A stretch of 64,000 nt of DNA from Oscillospiraceae bacterium (GTDB lineage: Bacteria; Bacillota; Clostridia; Oscillospirales; Oscillospiraceae). Below, in pieces: positions 8,013-16,748 of this stretch (positions are counted from its first letter, which is position 1; every line of letters begins with the position of its first letter). The notes below the pieces were generated by a model. The model worked only from the letters and a program-made list of their open reading frames with translations, had not been told where the DNA came from and did no database searches. The stretch lies in contig JAGBIE010000014.1 of assembly GCA_017935145.1 (NCBI GenBank), positions 71,047-135,046 on the forward strand, given 5' to 3'. Position numbers and translations under genes: made by a program.

Positions 8013-8733
8013 TCTTTGCTATGACGGAAGCCGTTATAAAGGCTGGCAACGTCTAGGACAAGGCGAGAACACCATTCAGGCGAAACTGGAACAAACCCTC
8101 AGCCGTATGTTAAACGAGGCTGTGGAGGTCAGTGGGAGCGGTCGCACCGATGCTGGCGTCCATGCAGAGGGACAGGTGGCGAATTTTCACAGCAATACCA
8201 CCCTCTCTGCGGAAGAAATTTGCTCGCAACTGCGTCAGTATTTGCCGGAGGATATCGGCGTGCTTTCCGTCACCCAAGTGGATGACCGTTTCCATAGCCG
8301 TCTCAATGCGGTAGAGAAGACCTATCGGTATCGCATTTGGAATGAGGAGACGCCCTGCGTGTTTGAACGGAAATAGGTGTGGAAAATGACACAGCCGCTG
8401 GATATTCCCCGTATGGAAGAGGCGGTATCACACCTTTTGGGAAGTCATGATTTCCTTTCTTTTTGCGCCAATAAACATTTTAAGAAATCTTCTGTTCGCA
8501 CCTTGCGGGAACTGAACATTCAGCGCTGTGGATGTGAGGTTGTCTTTACCTTCAAGGGTGATGGTTTTCTCTACCACATGGTGCGCATTTTGGTTGGCAC
8601 ATTAGTGGAAATTGGACTTGGTCAGCGAGATCCTAACGAAATCCCCCAAATTCTTGCTTCCCGCCAGCGGGAAAATGCAGGCGCTACAGCACCTGCCAGC
8701 GGACTTTGTTTAGTGGAGGTGCAGTATCCTTGA
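7993..8733 (+). pseudogene. truA: tRNA pseudouridine(38-40) synthase TruA interrupted by an in-frame TAG
   Basis: The two ORF-track pieces (7960..8376 and 8377..8733) are in the same frame, separated only by TAG at 8374-8376. The N-terminal part has YDGSRYKGWQ and the catalytic GRTDAGVHA. The C-terminal part has LLGSHDFLSF and YHMVR. The likely start is TTG 7993, with GGAGGA 5 nt upstream. Confidence 0.8.
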
Positions 8734-9071
8734 ACATTCAGATTTTTGGCAAAAGCAAGTGCTTCGATACGAAGAAAGCTCAACGCTATTTTAAAGAACG
8801 GCGCATTAAAGTGCAGGATATTGACCTGCTCCGTTACGGCATGTCTCCTGGCGAGTTTGATTCTGTGCTCCGTGCTGTAGGTGGCATTGATGCCCTCATT
8901 AATTGGGACAGCAAGCACGAAGATATTACCCTTATGAAATACATGGATAACCCCCGCGCCAAAGAGGATAAGGTGTTCGATAATCCCGCTCTCATGAAAA
9001 CGCCTATTGTACGCAACGGCAAGAAAGCCACCGTTGGCTACGCCCCTGAAATTTGGGCAACCTGGGAATAA
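8730..9071 (+). CDS. ArsC/Spx/YffB-family thioredoxin-fold protein
   Basis: LNIQIFGKSKCFDTKKAQRYFKERRI N-terminus is typical of the family. The TTG start overlaps the truA TGA (TTGA). Confidence 0.65.
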   Translation: MNIQIFGKSKCFDTKKAQRYFKERRIKVQDIDLLRYGMSPGEFDSVLRAVGGIDALINWDSKHEDITLMKYMDNPRAKEDKVFDNPALMKTPIVRNGKKATVGYAPEIWATWE

Positions 9072-9106
9072 AAAAGGAAGCATCGTTACGATGCTTCCTT
9101 TTCTTT
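9071..9106. terminator. bidirectional hairpin between convergent genes
   Basis: AGGAAGCATCG / CGATGCTTCCT stem flanked by A-tract and T-tract. It overlaps the last codons of the minus-strand gene. Confidence 0.6.
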
Positions 9107-10327
9107 TTGTTTTTTCTTGCGGTACACCACAAAGGCCAGCAGAGAACCCAAATTCACGGTAATCTCAATGGCGAGGGCAATATAGAAGTTGGGCGAACCA
9201 GTATCGGAGACTGAAAGCCCCATCACTGTAAAAGTCACAATGGATACCGCCATGCCTGCCAAAGACCCGAGAATATAGTCCCGATATTTAGCACGCACAG
9301 TACCCATGTAGGCGCTGACCACATCCAAGGGTAAAATGCCAATAATACGAGCCACAAAGTTCATTAAAAATTTATTGGTGCTGGGGAATCCTTGCAGAAA
9401 TTTTATATTGGGATATTTATCTGCCAGTTTCTTAACATCATGGGATGCCCCAAGGCGAGCCACGCAGTAGGGGAGTGTGAACATGATAAACGAACCAGCT
9501 ACACTCATAACAAGTGCAATGGGGGTGGAAAACAACACGCCATTGGCGGCATATAAAAGACCAGCATAAACCACAACCGTGGCACTTTTGAGCGCAAAAA
9601 GCAGGAGCATCACCAGTACTGATACCCAAGAATTCTTGGGTACAAAAGATACAATGGCTTCCATGGTAATATTCTCACGATATACCAAAAGGAACAAAAT
9701 CACTAAAAGCCATAGGCATGCACCGATGATTTTTGCCACAGCGCCTTTGGTCAAATTCTTTTGCAGTTGTTCCCATCCCTTTTTGACCAAATCCCAGAAG
9801 AAATGGATGTAAAGGACAAACGTCAAACACAGAGAAACTGCAGTCAAGCCAATGAGAGCATTGACCCATTGGGTGGGGAGTTCAGGGAACAAAATCAGCG
9901 CCAACATGACAGCATACAGCAGAGCGGTGTTGATTTTGCCATACCACTGAGCGCCCGCTACTTCACCACTTGCCTGTAAGGATAGATAGCCAAGGCTGGC
10001 AGAAACCAGTTCCTTCAGCACAAACAGGGCAATCAGTAGCCACATCAGAGGATAGCGGGAAATGAGGCAAATAATCATTGCCGCTTGGGTCAATTTGTCC
10101 GCCACAGGGTCTAAAATTTTACCCAAATCTGTAATCATATTGTACTTTCTGGCAATTTTTCCATCCAAAAAGTCGGTAAGACCAGACAGAGCAATGACGG
10201 CTACCGCGCCGTAGTAACTCTCAATGCTAATATAGAGCCAAATGATTACGGGGATCAGCACCAAGCGAAAGAAACTCAGCAGATTGGGGATGGTCCAAAG
10301 GTCTTCTTTTTTCACTTTTAACGGCAT
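9086..10327 (-). CDS. fusion protein: CDP-alcohol phosphatidyltransferase (PgsA-like) N-domain plus TVP38/TMEM64 (DedA/VTT superfamily) C-domain
   Basis: Exact D-x2-D-G-x2-A-R-x8-G-x3-D-x3-D motif in DFLDGKIARKYNMITDLGKILDPVAD. The C-terminal half is polytopic, with a VTT-like FVARIIGILPLDVVSAYMG...LGSLAG motif. Confidence 0.75.
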   Translation of the reverse strand: MPLKVKKEDLWTIPNLLSFFRLVLIPVIIWLYISIESYYGAVAVIALSGLTDFLDGKIARKYNMITDLGKILDPVADKLTQAAMIICLISRYPLMWLLIALFVLKELVSASLGYLSLQASGEVAGAQWYGKINTALLYAVMLALILFPELPTQWVNALIGLTAVSLCLTFVLYIHFFWDLVKKGWEQLQKNLTKGAVAKIIGACLWLLVILFLLVYRENITMEAIVSFVPKNSWVSVLVMLLLFALKSATVVVYAGLLYAANGVLFSTPIALVMSVAGSFIMFTLPYCVARLGASHDVKKLADKYPNIKFLQGFPSTNKFLMNFVARIIGILPLDVVSAYMGTVRAKYRDYILGSLAGMAVSIVTFTVMGLSVSDTGSPNFYIALAIEITVNLGSLLAFVVYRKKKQKEKEAS

Positions 10328-10551
10328 GGTATCACCTCTCCGTCACATAAGATAGTACCATTATGATAAAAAGAAAATGCTAAGTCAAGCGGAGAAATGC
10401 AAAAAAGGTCAAAATTTACAGCATATTAACGATTTATCACGAACAAAGTGTCATGAAAACGTCATATATTCAGTTTTACCAAAAAATGTTAGAATATTCT
10501 TCGCACCCGCGGGAACAATAGTCATGCAAAATAAAAAAGGAGGATACAAAC

Positions 10552-10722
10552 ATGCATCAAAAAGAATGTGCAAACAAGAGCATTGAATGCACTGTCACCC
10601 AGTGCAAAAACCATTGTGAAGTAGAAAACTACTGTTCCTTGGACAAAATTAAGGTCGGCACTCACGAATGCAATCCCACCATGGATCAGTGCACCGACTG
10701 CCTCTCTTTCATGAAAAAGTAA
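10552..10722 (+). CDS. DUF1540-like Cys-rich small protein (56 aa)
   Basis: AAGGAGGA RBS. Product: MHQKECANKSIECTVTQCKNHCEVENYCSLDKIKVGTHECNPTMDQCTDCLSFMKK. Not in the ORF track (shorter than 60 aa). Confidence 0.65.
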   Translation: MHQKECANKSIECTVTQCKNHCEVENYCSLDKIKVGTHECNPTMDQCTDCLSFMKK

Positions 10723-10757
10723 AAAAAGACGGATGGATTTCCATCCGTCTTTTTTTA
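10721..10757. terminator. bidirectional intrinsic terminator
   Basis: A-tract, AGACGGATGG / CCATCCGTCT stem with a 4-nt loop, T-tract. Lies between convergent genes. Confidence 0.85.
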
Positions 10758-10758
10758 T

Positions 10759-12366
10759 TTACCCTAGCATGAGGGGACGAAGTACACAGAAATAATCGCA
10801 AGCAAAGAAACTGTCTGGGATAGGCAAATCCACAATTTCAGCCTTGCCCAAGGCAGATTTTACACAGCGGTTTGCGCCAAGACATAAATACTGTTCTGCA
10901 TTTGAGTGCTCCAGCTCCATGTGGCGACAGACAAGAACGATGTCACCAGGTTGCAGGTGTTCGCCACGGAATTCTAAAATGCGTTCATAGCGACCCACAC
11001 ACACCAAGGAACGACCACCCTCCATCCCGCAGATGGCGTAAGGATGTTTCACTTCGTCCTCTTTTTTGTCCAGTAGAACCTTTGTGGGGTCATCGGGTTT
11101 CGATAGATACTCTCGGCGAGTAAAGCGCTGATTCAGGAGTTCTTCCAATGTGGGAATGGTAACATCCTGTCCTAAAATGTGGCGATACACCCAAGTGGCA
11201 ACACCATCATCTCCATACTCACGATTGGTGGGAAGACCATTTTTCTCTAAATCACGTAACGCATTCCACTGCTCAAGGGTTAATCCGCTTCCCACAGGCG
11301 TTAAGATGGTGTTGGATGGAATGTCCGCCACATAACCGCCCTTAGAAACGATGGATGTACCGAATTTCGCTTCCTCTGTTACCCGAACAGTGTACTGCAA
11401 GACCACCGTCTGCTCTGTGCCGATGTCCACCATCCAACGGAGGGTTTTGCCGTCAAAATCCACATCGTTGGTCAGACTGGAAAGTACTAGTTCTGTGCCT
11501 TCTGGCAAAACTTCGCACACGGAAATATTGTGAAAATCCCGATGGGTGGTAGTATGATTTTCCCGCCAAGGATTGTGGTTTGTTAGGCGCAGGGTATATG
11601 TAATGCTCTCCCCAGGACGCACAACTTGCCAAGCACGCTTATCACAACGGCGGTCAATATCCAAACCCTTGTGTTTGAGGCGGGATAGTGCTTGCGGAGT
11701 CAAGGGATATTGCACGGGGTCAATGGCATCGATGAGACGATAAATGTTAAAGTAATCATAGTGCGAAATGGGCAGTTCGCCCAAGGTGTGGAGCATGAAA
11801 TCTTCGATTGTTGTCTTGCGGACACCGCCATTGTACTCCCAGTTTTCCACGCCTTCCGCAAAATTGTAGTTTACACCGCAGGAGTGGAGAAGCACATCAT
11901 TTTCCGCAACCAGCATAATGTGTCGCCCAGCAATATTGTGGTGAGAAAACTCAATGGCATCGCCAGGCTGTAGCAGGGGAAGCGCCTCTCTCATGGCCAT
12001 GGTTACGGTCTTGCCACTTTCTTTTTCCCAGTGATAAATGCAGTAATCCTTATAATAGGCTTCCGATGTTACACACAGATGGTTCAGTTCACAATCGCAG
12101 AAGCGGTAGCGGAACGCATCCCACAACAGATTGTAAAAGAAAGAGGAACACACGGTAAACTGATAGTTATCTTGGGTAGCATCTTCTGGAGAGAAACCAT
12201 CCGTTCTGCGGAAAGGACCGCCTTCGTAACGGCTTACAGGTGTCAGTTCCATTTCATTGTACTGAATGGCATCCCCACGGCGCACATAGGCATAGCCAGT
12301 TTCAATCATTGCGTCAATTCGCATTTGTCGAAGCGCTTTGTCCATCTCTCTCTTCTCCTTTTGCAT
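10759..12366 (-). CDS. 535-aa cytoplasmic protein: putative papain-like (NlpC/P60-like) N-domain, DUF11-like Ig-fold middle domain, unknown C-domain
   Basis: Start ATG overlaps the upstream stop (TAATG). Cys...His pattern (FTVCSSFFYNLL ... LQPGDAIEFSHHNIAGRHIMLV). Beta-sandwich-like RPGESITYTLRLTN...VLPEGTELV...VVLQYTVRVTEE. No signal peptide. Confidence 0.55.
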   Translation of the reverse strand: MQKEKREMDKALRQMRIDAMIETGYAYVRRGDAIQYNEMELTPVSRYEGGPFRRTDGFSPEDATQDNYQFTVCSSFFYNLLWDAFRYRFCDCELNHLCVTSEAYYKDYCIYHWEKESGKTVTMAMREALPLLQPGDAIEFSHHNIAGRHIMLVAENDVLLHSCGVNYNFAEGVENWEYNGGVRKTTIEDFMLHTLGELPISHYDYFNIYRLIDAIDPVQYPLTPQALSRLKHKGLDIDRRCDKRAWQVVRPGESITYTLRLTNHNPWRENHTTTHRDFHNISVCEVLPEGTELVLSSLTNDVDFDGKTLRWMVDIGTEQTVVLQYTVRVTEEAKFGTSIVSKGGYVADIPSNTILTPVGSGLTLEQWNALRDLEKNGLPTNREYGDDGVATWVYRHILGQDVTIPTLEELLNQRFTRREYLSKPDDPTKVLLDKKEDEVKHPYAICGMEGGRSLVCVGRYERILEFRGEHLQPGDIVLVCRHMELEHSNAEQYLCLGANRCVKSALGKAEIVDLPIPDSFFACDYFCVLRPLMLG

Positions 12367-13007
12367 TAACAGCAGAATAAAAACGGGAACCATGGCAGTC
12401 TACCGCCACAGCAGAAACTCATCACCGCGCAGGCATAACAGCAGGTGCGTAAGGTTCCTGCTGAAGCAGAAAAACCGCGGGCGCGGGTCTCTTCATACAC
12501 ATTGCCATTGTTGAGAATTTGCTCTTGAGCCCGTGCATAAATAGGGTTGCCAGGCTCCATGTTTACCGCTTTGCGGATATGCTCTGTTGCGGTGACGCGG
12601 TTACCTAAATTTACATTTGCCACAGCGGAAAGATAGTACCACTCAGCAGTTCTCTGTTCTTCAGGCACTTGCGAAAGGACATTCAGCGCGCTTTGGAAAC
12701 TGCCATAGCGAATATAGTGTTTTGCAGTTTCCAAAGGTGTGGAGCGACTTTGACCATAATACTGTCCCTGCCAGCCACTAAAGGGATTGTACGCTCCGCC
12801 ATAGGGATTCTGATATCCACCATTCTGCGGAGGATTCTTAATTTGGTCATAGGCAGCATTGATTTCGTTCATCTTCTGTGCCGCCACAGGGTCTCCAGGA
12901 TTCACATCGGGGTGATATTTCTTTGCAAGACGGCGATAGGCCTGCTTGACTTCATCGTCTGTTGCATTGGGGCTCAACCCTAAAATCTTGTAGGGGTCGT
13001 CAAACAA
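12366..13007 (-). CDS. J-domain protein with G/Y/Q-rich linker, TPR-like segment and Cys-rich hydrophobic C-terminal tail
   Basis: TTG start with AAGGAGGG 6 nt upstream. J-domain DPYKILGL...YRRLAKKYHPDVNPGD (HPD motif). Tail TCCYACAVMSFCCGGRLPWFPFLFCC. Confidence 0.8.
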   Translation of the reverse strand: MFDDPYKILGLSPNATDDEVKQAYRRLAKKYHPDVNPGDPVAAQKMNEINAAYDQIKNPPQNGGYQNPYGGAYNPFSGWQGQYYGQSRSTPLETAKHYIRYGSFQSALNVLSQVPEEQRTAEWYYLSAVANVNLGNRVTATEHIRKAVNMEPGNPIYARAQEQILNNGNVYEETRARGFSASAGTLRTCCYACAVMSFCCGGRLPWFPFLFCC

Positions 13008-13009
13008 GA

Positions 13010-13837
13010 CTATCCCTCCTTTTGTTGTTTTTTCTTGCTTGTATAGGGCAACCAAATGCCCGAATAGAGAATGTTTCGCAGAATATCCACATCCTGCACC
13101 AGTGGCAGAAACTCTAAATCTTTCATTAGGTCTCCAAGAATGCCATGCAGTACAGGGAGAAAATCATCTTTGTGGGATAAATCCACATGACCCTTTAAGG
13201 GATTGTAGTGATTTTTCTTAATATCTTGCTCTAGGTCAAGAAATGCATCGTAAAGATAGATGAATTTTCCCAACTGTTGACCAATTCGTCTTAGATGTTC
13301 TGCCCAGTGGTCATTGGGGTTTTGGCAGAAAAATTCACCAGTCAAATTGCCAAAAAAAGCAGCCGCTAAATCAGCGTTTTCTACTTGAGAACGCTCCAAT
13401 TCCGTGAGATTTTTTAGTTCCTTCTCCATGGTAGCGCACTGACGGGGATATGCTTTTTTCACTTTATTGGCAGACTTCTTAAGTGCCCAAGCTTGCATCA
13501 GTCGCAGAATGTTTCTTTCATCCTGCCAATCGTCAAGACATTTGTAGTATGCCAGCGCTACATTCATGGCTGCGGCATAAGAACTCACAGAGGAGGAAAA
13601 ATACTCATGCTTTTTCGTAGGATGCATGGCGCACCACTTACAGCCTTTTTGTTCTTCAGGCTCATATAGAGAACCCAAAAGTAGCACCAAAAAGGTCATA
13701 TCGTAACTTAGCACCAACCGTGCAATCGAACCGTATTCTGCCTTTAACGTTCTGCACAGCCCGCAATAGGAAGCCTGATAGCGAGAGAGCGATTCTTCAC
13801 TTAGTAGACTCTTATCAGCAAGTACTGTGCCAAACAT
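13010..13837 (-). CDS. DUF5685-like protein
   Basis: MFGTVLADK...YQASYCGLCRTLKAEYGSIARLVLSYDMTFLVLLL resembles the family annotated DUF5685, which commonly neighbours J-domain genes in Clostridia (from memory, not searched). Confidence 0.6.
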   Translation of the reverse strand: MFGTVLADKSLLSEESLSRYQASYCGLCRTLKAEYGSIARLVLSYDMTFLVLLLGSLYEPEEQKGCKWCAMHPTKKHEYFSSSVSSYAAAMNVALAYYKCLDDWQDERNILRLMQAWALKKSANKVKKAYPRQCATMEKELKNLTELERSQVENADLAAAFFGNLTGEFFCQNPNDHWAEHLRRIGQQLGKFIYLYDAFLDLEQDIKKNHYNPLKGHVDLSHKDDFLPVLHGILGDLMKDLEFLPLVQDVDILRNILYSGIWLPYTSKKKQQKEG

Positions 13838-13849
13838 ATTGGTTTCTCC

Positions 13850-14698
13850 TTAGTGACGGAAATAGTTGCGCAGTTGTTTTATGGGGTGGGGGACTTCTCG
13901 AAGAACATAGTTAAATAGTCCACCATAGAAAATGAGATTCAGACAGAAGTAAAGCCATAACAGGGAAATCACCACGGCAGTTAAACTACCGTAGAGATTG
14001 GCGTAGCGGGAAAAGTTTTCCACATAGAAACCAAACAAAAGAGAATATCCCAACCAACCAAGGGTTGCCAAAAGAGCACCAGGTAAGTTCTCACTAAATT
14101 TTAGTCGTCTGTAAGGAAGCACCGTGTAAAACAGACAAAAGACTAATGTGAGAAAGGCAAAGGTAAAGAACCATCGCACTCGTAGTACGGACAAAATCAA
14201 ACTGCCATATTTCCAGTCTTGCTGTAGCGCAAGCGCATAGAGAGAGTCCCCAAAGACCTGCAGAAGCAGTGTTGCCAAAATGCTTACAAACAACACCACA
14301 GCGCTGAGAAAACTAATCGCAACCTTCTGCACATACGGACGGGCGCGAGGGGAGCGGTACACTGCATCCAAGCCGTTCATAATGCTCATCATTGCACGGG
14401 TTACAGACCACAGAGTACCAACAGCAGAGACAGAAAGAATTGTAACCGAACCGGCTATGGGAATGCCCGATATGACCGCCTCCAAAAGGGGATGAATGGG
14501 AACGGGTGTGATTCCTTCCAGTAGATTTTGCAAATCACTTACTGTGGCAGGCAGATGTTGCACTGCTGCAAGAAGCACCATGGTGGCGGGGAGCAAGGAA
14601 AGAACAATGAAAAAGACGGCATTGCCTGCATAGATGGCAATGTGTAGTTCTGAGATACTTCTTCCAATTCCAAATATTTTTTGCAGGAAGTGTTTCAC
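13850..14698 (-). CDS. YihY/BrkB-family membrane protein
   Basis: Six-TM profile with family-typical loops. The likely start is GTG 14698, with GGAGGG 6 nt upstream. The ORF track extends the ORF to 14824. Confidence 0.7.
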   Translation of the reverse strand: MKHFLQKIFGIGRSISELHIAIYAGNAVFFIVLSLLPATMVLLAAVQHLPATVSDLQNLLEGITPVPIHPLLEAVISGIPIAGSVTILSVSAVGTLWSVTRAMMSIMNGLDAVYRSPRARPYVQKVAISFLSAVVLFVSILATLLLQVFGDSLYALALQQDWKYGSLILSVLRVRWFFTFAFLTLVFCLFYTVLPYRRLKFSENLPGALLATLGWLGYSLLFGFYVENFSRYANLYGSLTAVVISLLWLYFCLNLIFYGGLFNYVLREVPHPIKQLRNYFRH

Positions 14699-14838
14699 CG
14701 CGAACCCTCCGTTTCTGCCAAATATTATACAGGATAAACTATATTTGCGCAATGTTGTACTTGGAAATATTCTGTAAACTCTTGCGAAGAAAGAAGAAAA
14801 CTTGTATGATATTCTCAATAACAAAGGAGGCGTTTTTT

Positions 14839-15660
14839 ATGACGGATAGTTACAGCAAATGCCAGGAAAGCGCAAAATATATTTTAGAACGTGCAGGCAT
14901 GGTGCCAGAAATTGGCATTATTCTGGGCTCTTCTCTGGGCCCCTTGGCGCAAGAAGTTGAGAATCCCAAGGAGATTCCTTATACAGATATTCCCCATTTT
15001 CTTCGTTCTACAGCCCCTGGTCATGCTGGGAAACTGGTGTTTGGCAAGATTGCGGGCAAGAATGTGGTCTGCATGTCTGGCAGATTCCACTCCTATGAGG
15101 GATATGATTTTACACAACTTGCCATGCCTATTCGGGTAATGAAATTGTTAGGTGTGCAGAAAATGATTGTCACCAACGCTGCTGGTGGTGTGAATATGGA
15201 CTATCGCCCTGGCGATGTCATGATTATTAACGACCATATCATGTTCAGTGGATTTAGCCCCATGCGTGGTGAAAATGCCACCGAATTTGGCCCCCGTTTC
15301 TTTGATACTACCACCATGTACACCCCTGCTTTGCGAGAAATTGCCAAAGCATGCGCAAAGGATTGCAAACTCAATGTCCATGAAGGTGTGTACTTCTTTA
15401 TGCAAGGTCCTCAGTTTGAGACTCCCGCGGAAATCCGCGCCATTCGTACCTTGGGTGGCGATGCCGTTGGCATGTCCACCGTAACAGAAGCACTTACTGC
15501 TGCCCATTGTGGCATGCCTCTGTTGGGACTTTCCCTGATTACTAACATGGCTGCAGGCATTTTGGCACAGCCTCTGTCTGGTGAAGAGGTGGACGAAACT
15601 GGCGCTCGCGTGTCTCGTGAATTTAGTGCCTACGTCAAGGACATTATTTCTAAGATGTAA
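14839..15660 (+). CDS. punA: purine nucleoside phosphorylase (trimeric PunA type)
   Basis: ATG 14839 after AAGGAGG. Motifs GSSLGPL, TAPGHAGKLVFG, MSGRFHSYEGY, TNAAGG and VGMSTV. Confidence 0.85.
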   Translation: MTDSYSKCQESAKYILERAGMVPEIGIILGSSLGPLAQEVENPKEIPYTDIPHFLRSTAPGHAGKLVFGKIAGKNVVCMSGRFHSYEGYDFTQLAMPIRVMKLLGVQKMIVTNAAGGVNMDYRPGDVMIINDHIMFSGFSPMRGENATEFGPRFFDTTTMYTPALREIAKACAKDCKLNVHEGVYFFMQGPQFETPAEIRAIRTLGGDAVGMSTVTEALTAAHCGMPLLGLSLITNMAAGILAQPLSGEEVDETGARVSREFSAYVKDIISKM

Positions 15661-15674
15661 AGTGAGAGATTTTT

Positions 15675-16739
15675 ATGGAACGTGCCGATCAAAATTTGGC
15701 ATTTATGCTCCAATATGAGAATATTGCATGGTTTTCCGATGGTGAAGTGCGCATTCTAGACCGCAGATGCTATCCCGCCAAGACGGAATTTGTCCGTTGC
15801 AAACACCATAGGGAAGTGGCACAAGCCATTACGGATATGGTGACCCAAAGCGCAGGACCTTATACTGCTGCGCCCATGGGTATGGCGCTGGCGGCTTGGG
15901 AATGCCGTAATATGCCAAAAGAAGCGCAAATGGACTATCTCCAGGATGCCGCAAATGTGATATCCAATGCCCGCCCCACCACGGCAAAGCGCATGGCAGT
16001 GCTTTGTAATTCCTGCCTCCAGGTGGCGCAAAATGCCTTAAAGCAGGATAGAAACGTTGCAGATGCTATCGTTGCCCACACTGTGGATGCTAATAACCGC
16101 CGTTATAGGCAAATTGAAGAGATTGCCAAGCACCTGACCGCCAAATTCCCTCAAAACGGCACGGTCATGACCCACTGCTTCGCAGAAACCATTGTGGGCA
16201 TGATGCTAAAACAGTGTCAGCTACAGAATAAGGAAATTCGCCTGTTCTGCCCCGAAACCCGACCCTATTTTCAAGGCGCTCGCCTCACTGCAACCGTCTG
16301 CCGTGATATGGGCTTTGATGTCACTGTTATTTCTGATAACATGGCGGCGTTTGTCATGGAGCGGGAAAAGGTGGACGTGTTTACCACGGCAGCTGATGCC
16401 ATCTGCTGTGATGGTCATGTGGTCAACAAGGTGGGCACATTCCAAAACGCCATCTCAGCCAAGTACCTTGGCGTGCCTTACTATGTAACGGGCGCTCCCG
16501 ATGCAGGACATCCCACGGTGGATACCATTCATTTGGAGTTCCGTGACCCCGAATTTACTTTGCAGGCCATGGGTGTTCGCACAGCGGCTGAGGGTGTCAA
16601 GGGATATTATCCCGCCTTCGATATTACACCGCCTCACTTGGTTACTGGTGTGGTGACGGACAGAGGGATTTATTTGCCCACTCAACTGAATGACTACTTT
16701 TTGGATAACCCGCAGGCAAAAAATGCCGTTGTGGTGTAA
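15675..16739 (+). CDS. mtnA: S-methyl-5-thioribose-1-phosphate isomerase (eIF-2B alpha/beta/delta family)
   Basis: Family-typical length and motifs: RPTTAKRM, ETRPYFQGARLTA, GHVVNKVGT and PAFDITP. Confidence 0.8.
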   Translation: MERADQNLAFMLQYENIAWFSDGEVRILDRRCYPAKTEFVRCKHHREVAQAITDMVTQSAGPYTAAPMGMALAAWECRNMPKEAQMDYLQDAANVISNARPTTAKRMAVLCNSCLQVAQNALKQDRNVADAIVAHTVDANNRRYRQIEEIAKHLTAKFPQNGTVMTHCFAETIVGMMLKQCQLQNKEIRLFCPETRPYFQGARLTATVCRDMGFDVTVISDNMAAFVMEREKVDVFTTAADAICCDGHVVNKVGTFQNAISAKYLGVPYYVTGAPDAGHPTVDTIHLEFRDPEFTLQAMGVRTAAEGVKGYYPAFDITPPHLVTGVVTDRGIYLPTQLNDYFLDNPQAKNAVVV

Positions 16740-16748
16740 GGAGGAACT

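Noticed and set aside
8374-8376. Genome-wide reassignment of TAG (pyrrolysine or alternative code) as the explanation for the truA amber codon
   Set aside because: TAG terminates at least three well-defined genes in this window at the expected protein ends (capD-like, rseP, traX-family). A local nonsense mutation or a sequencing error is simpler.
10377-10586. 69-aa ORF in the spacer upstream of the DUF1540 gene
   Set aside because: No RBS. It has a Lys/Asn-rich, AT-driven composition, overlaps the better-supported DUF1540 ORF out of frame, and lies in probable promoter DNA (TGTTAGAAT extended -10 at 10487-10495).
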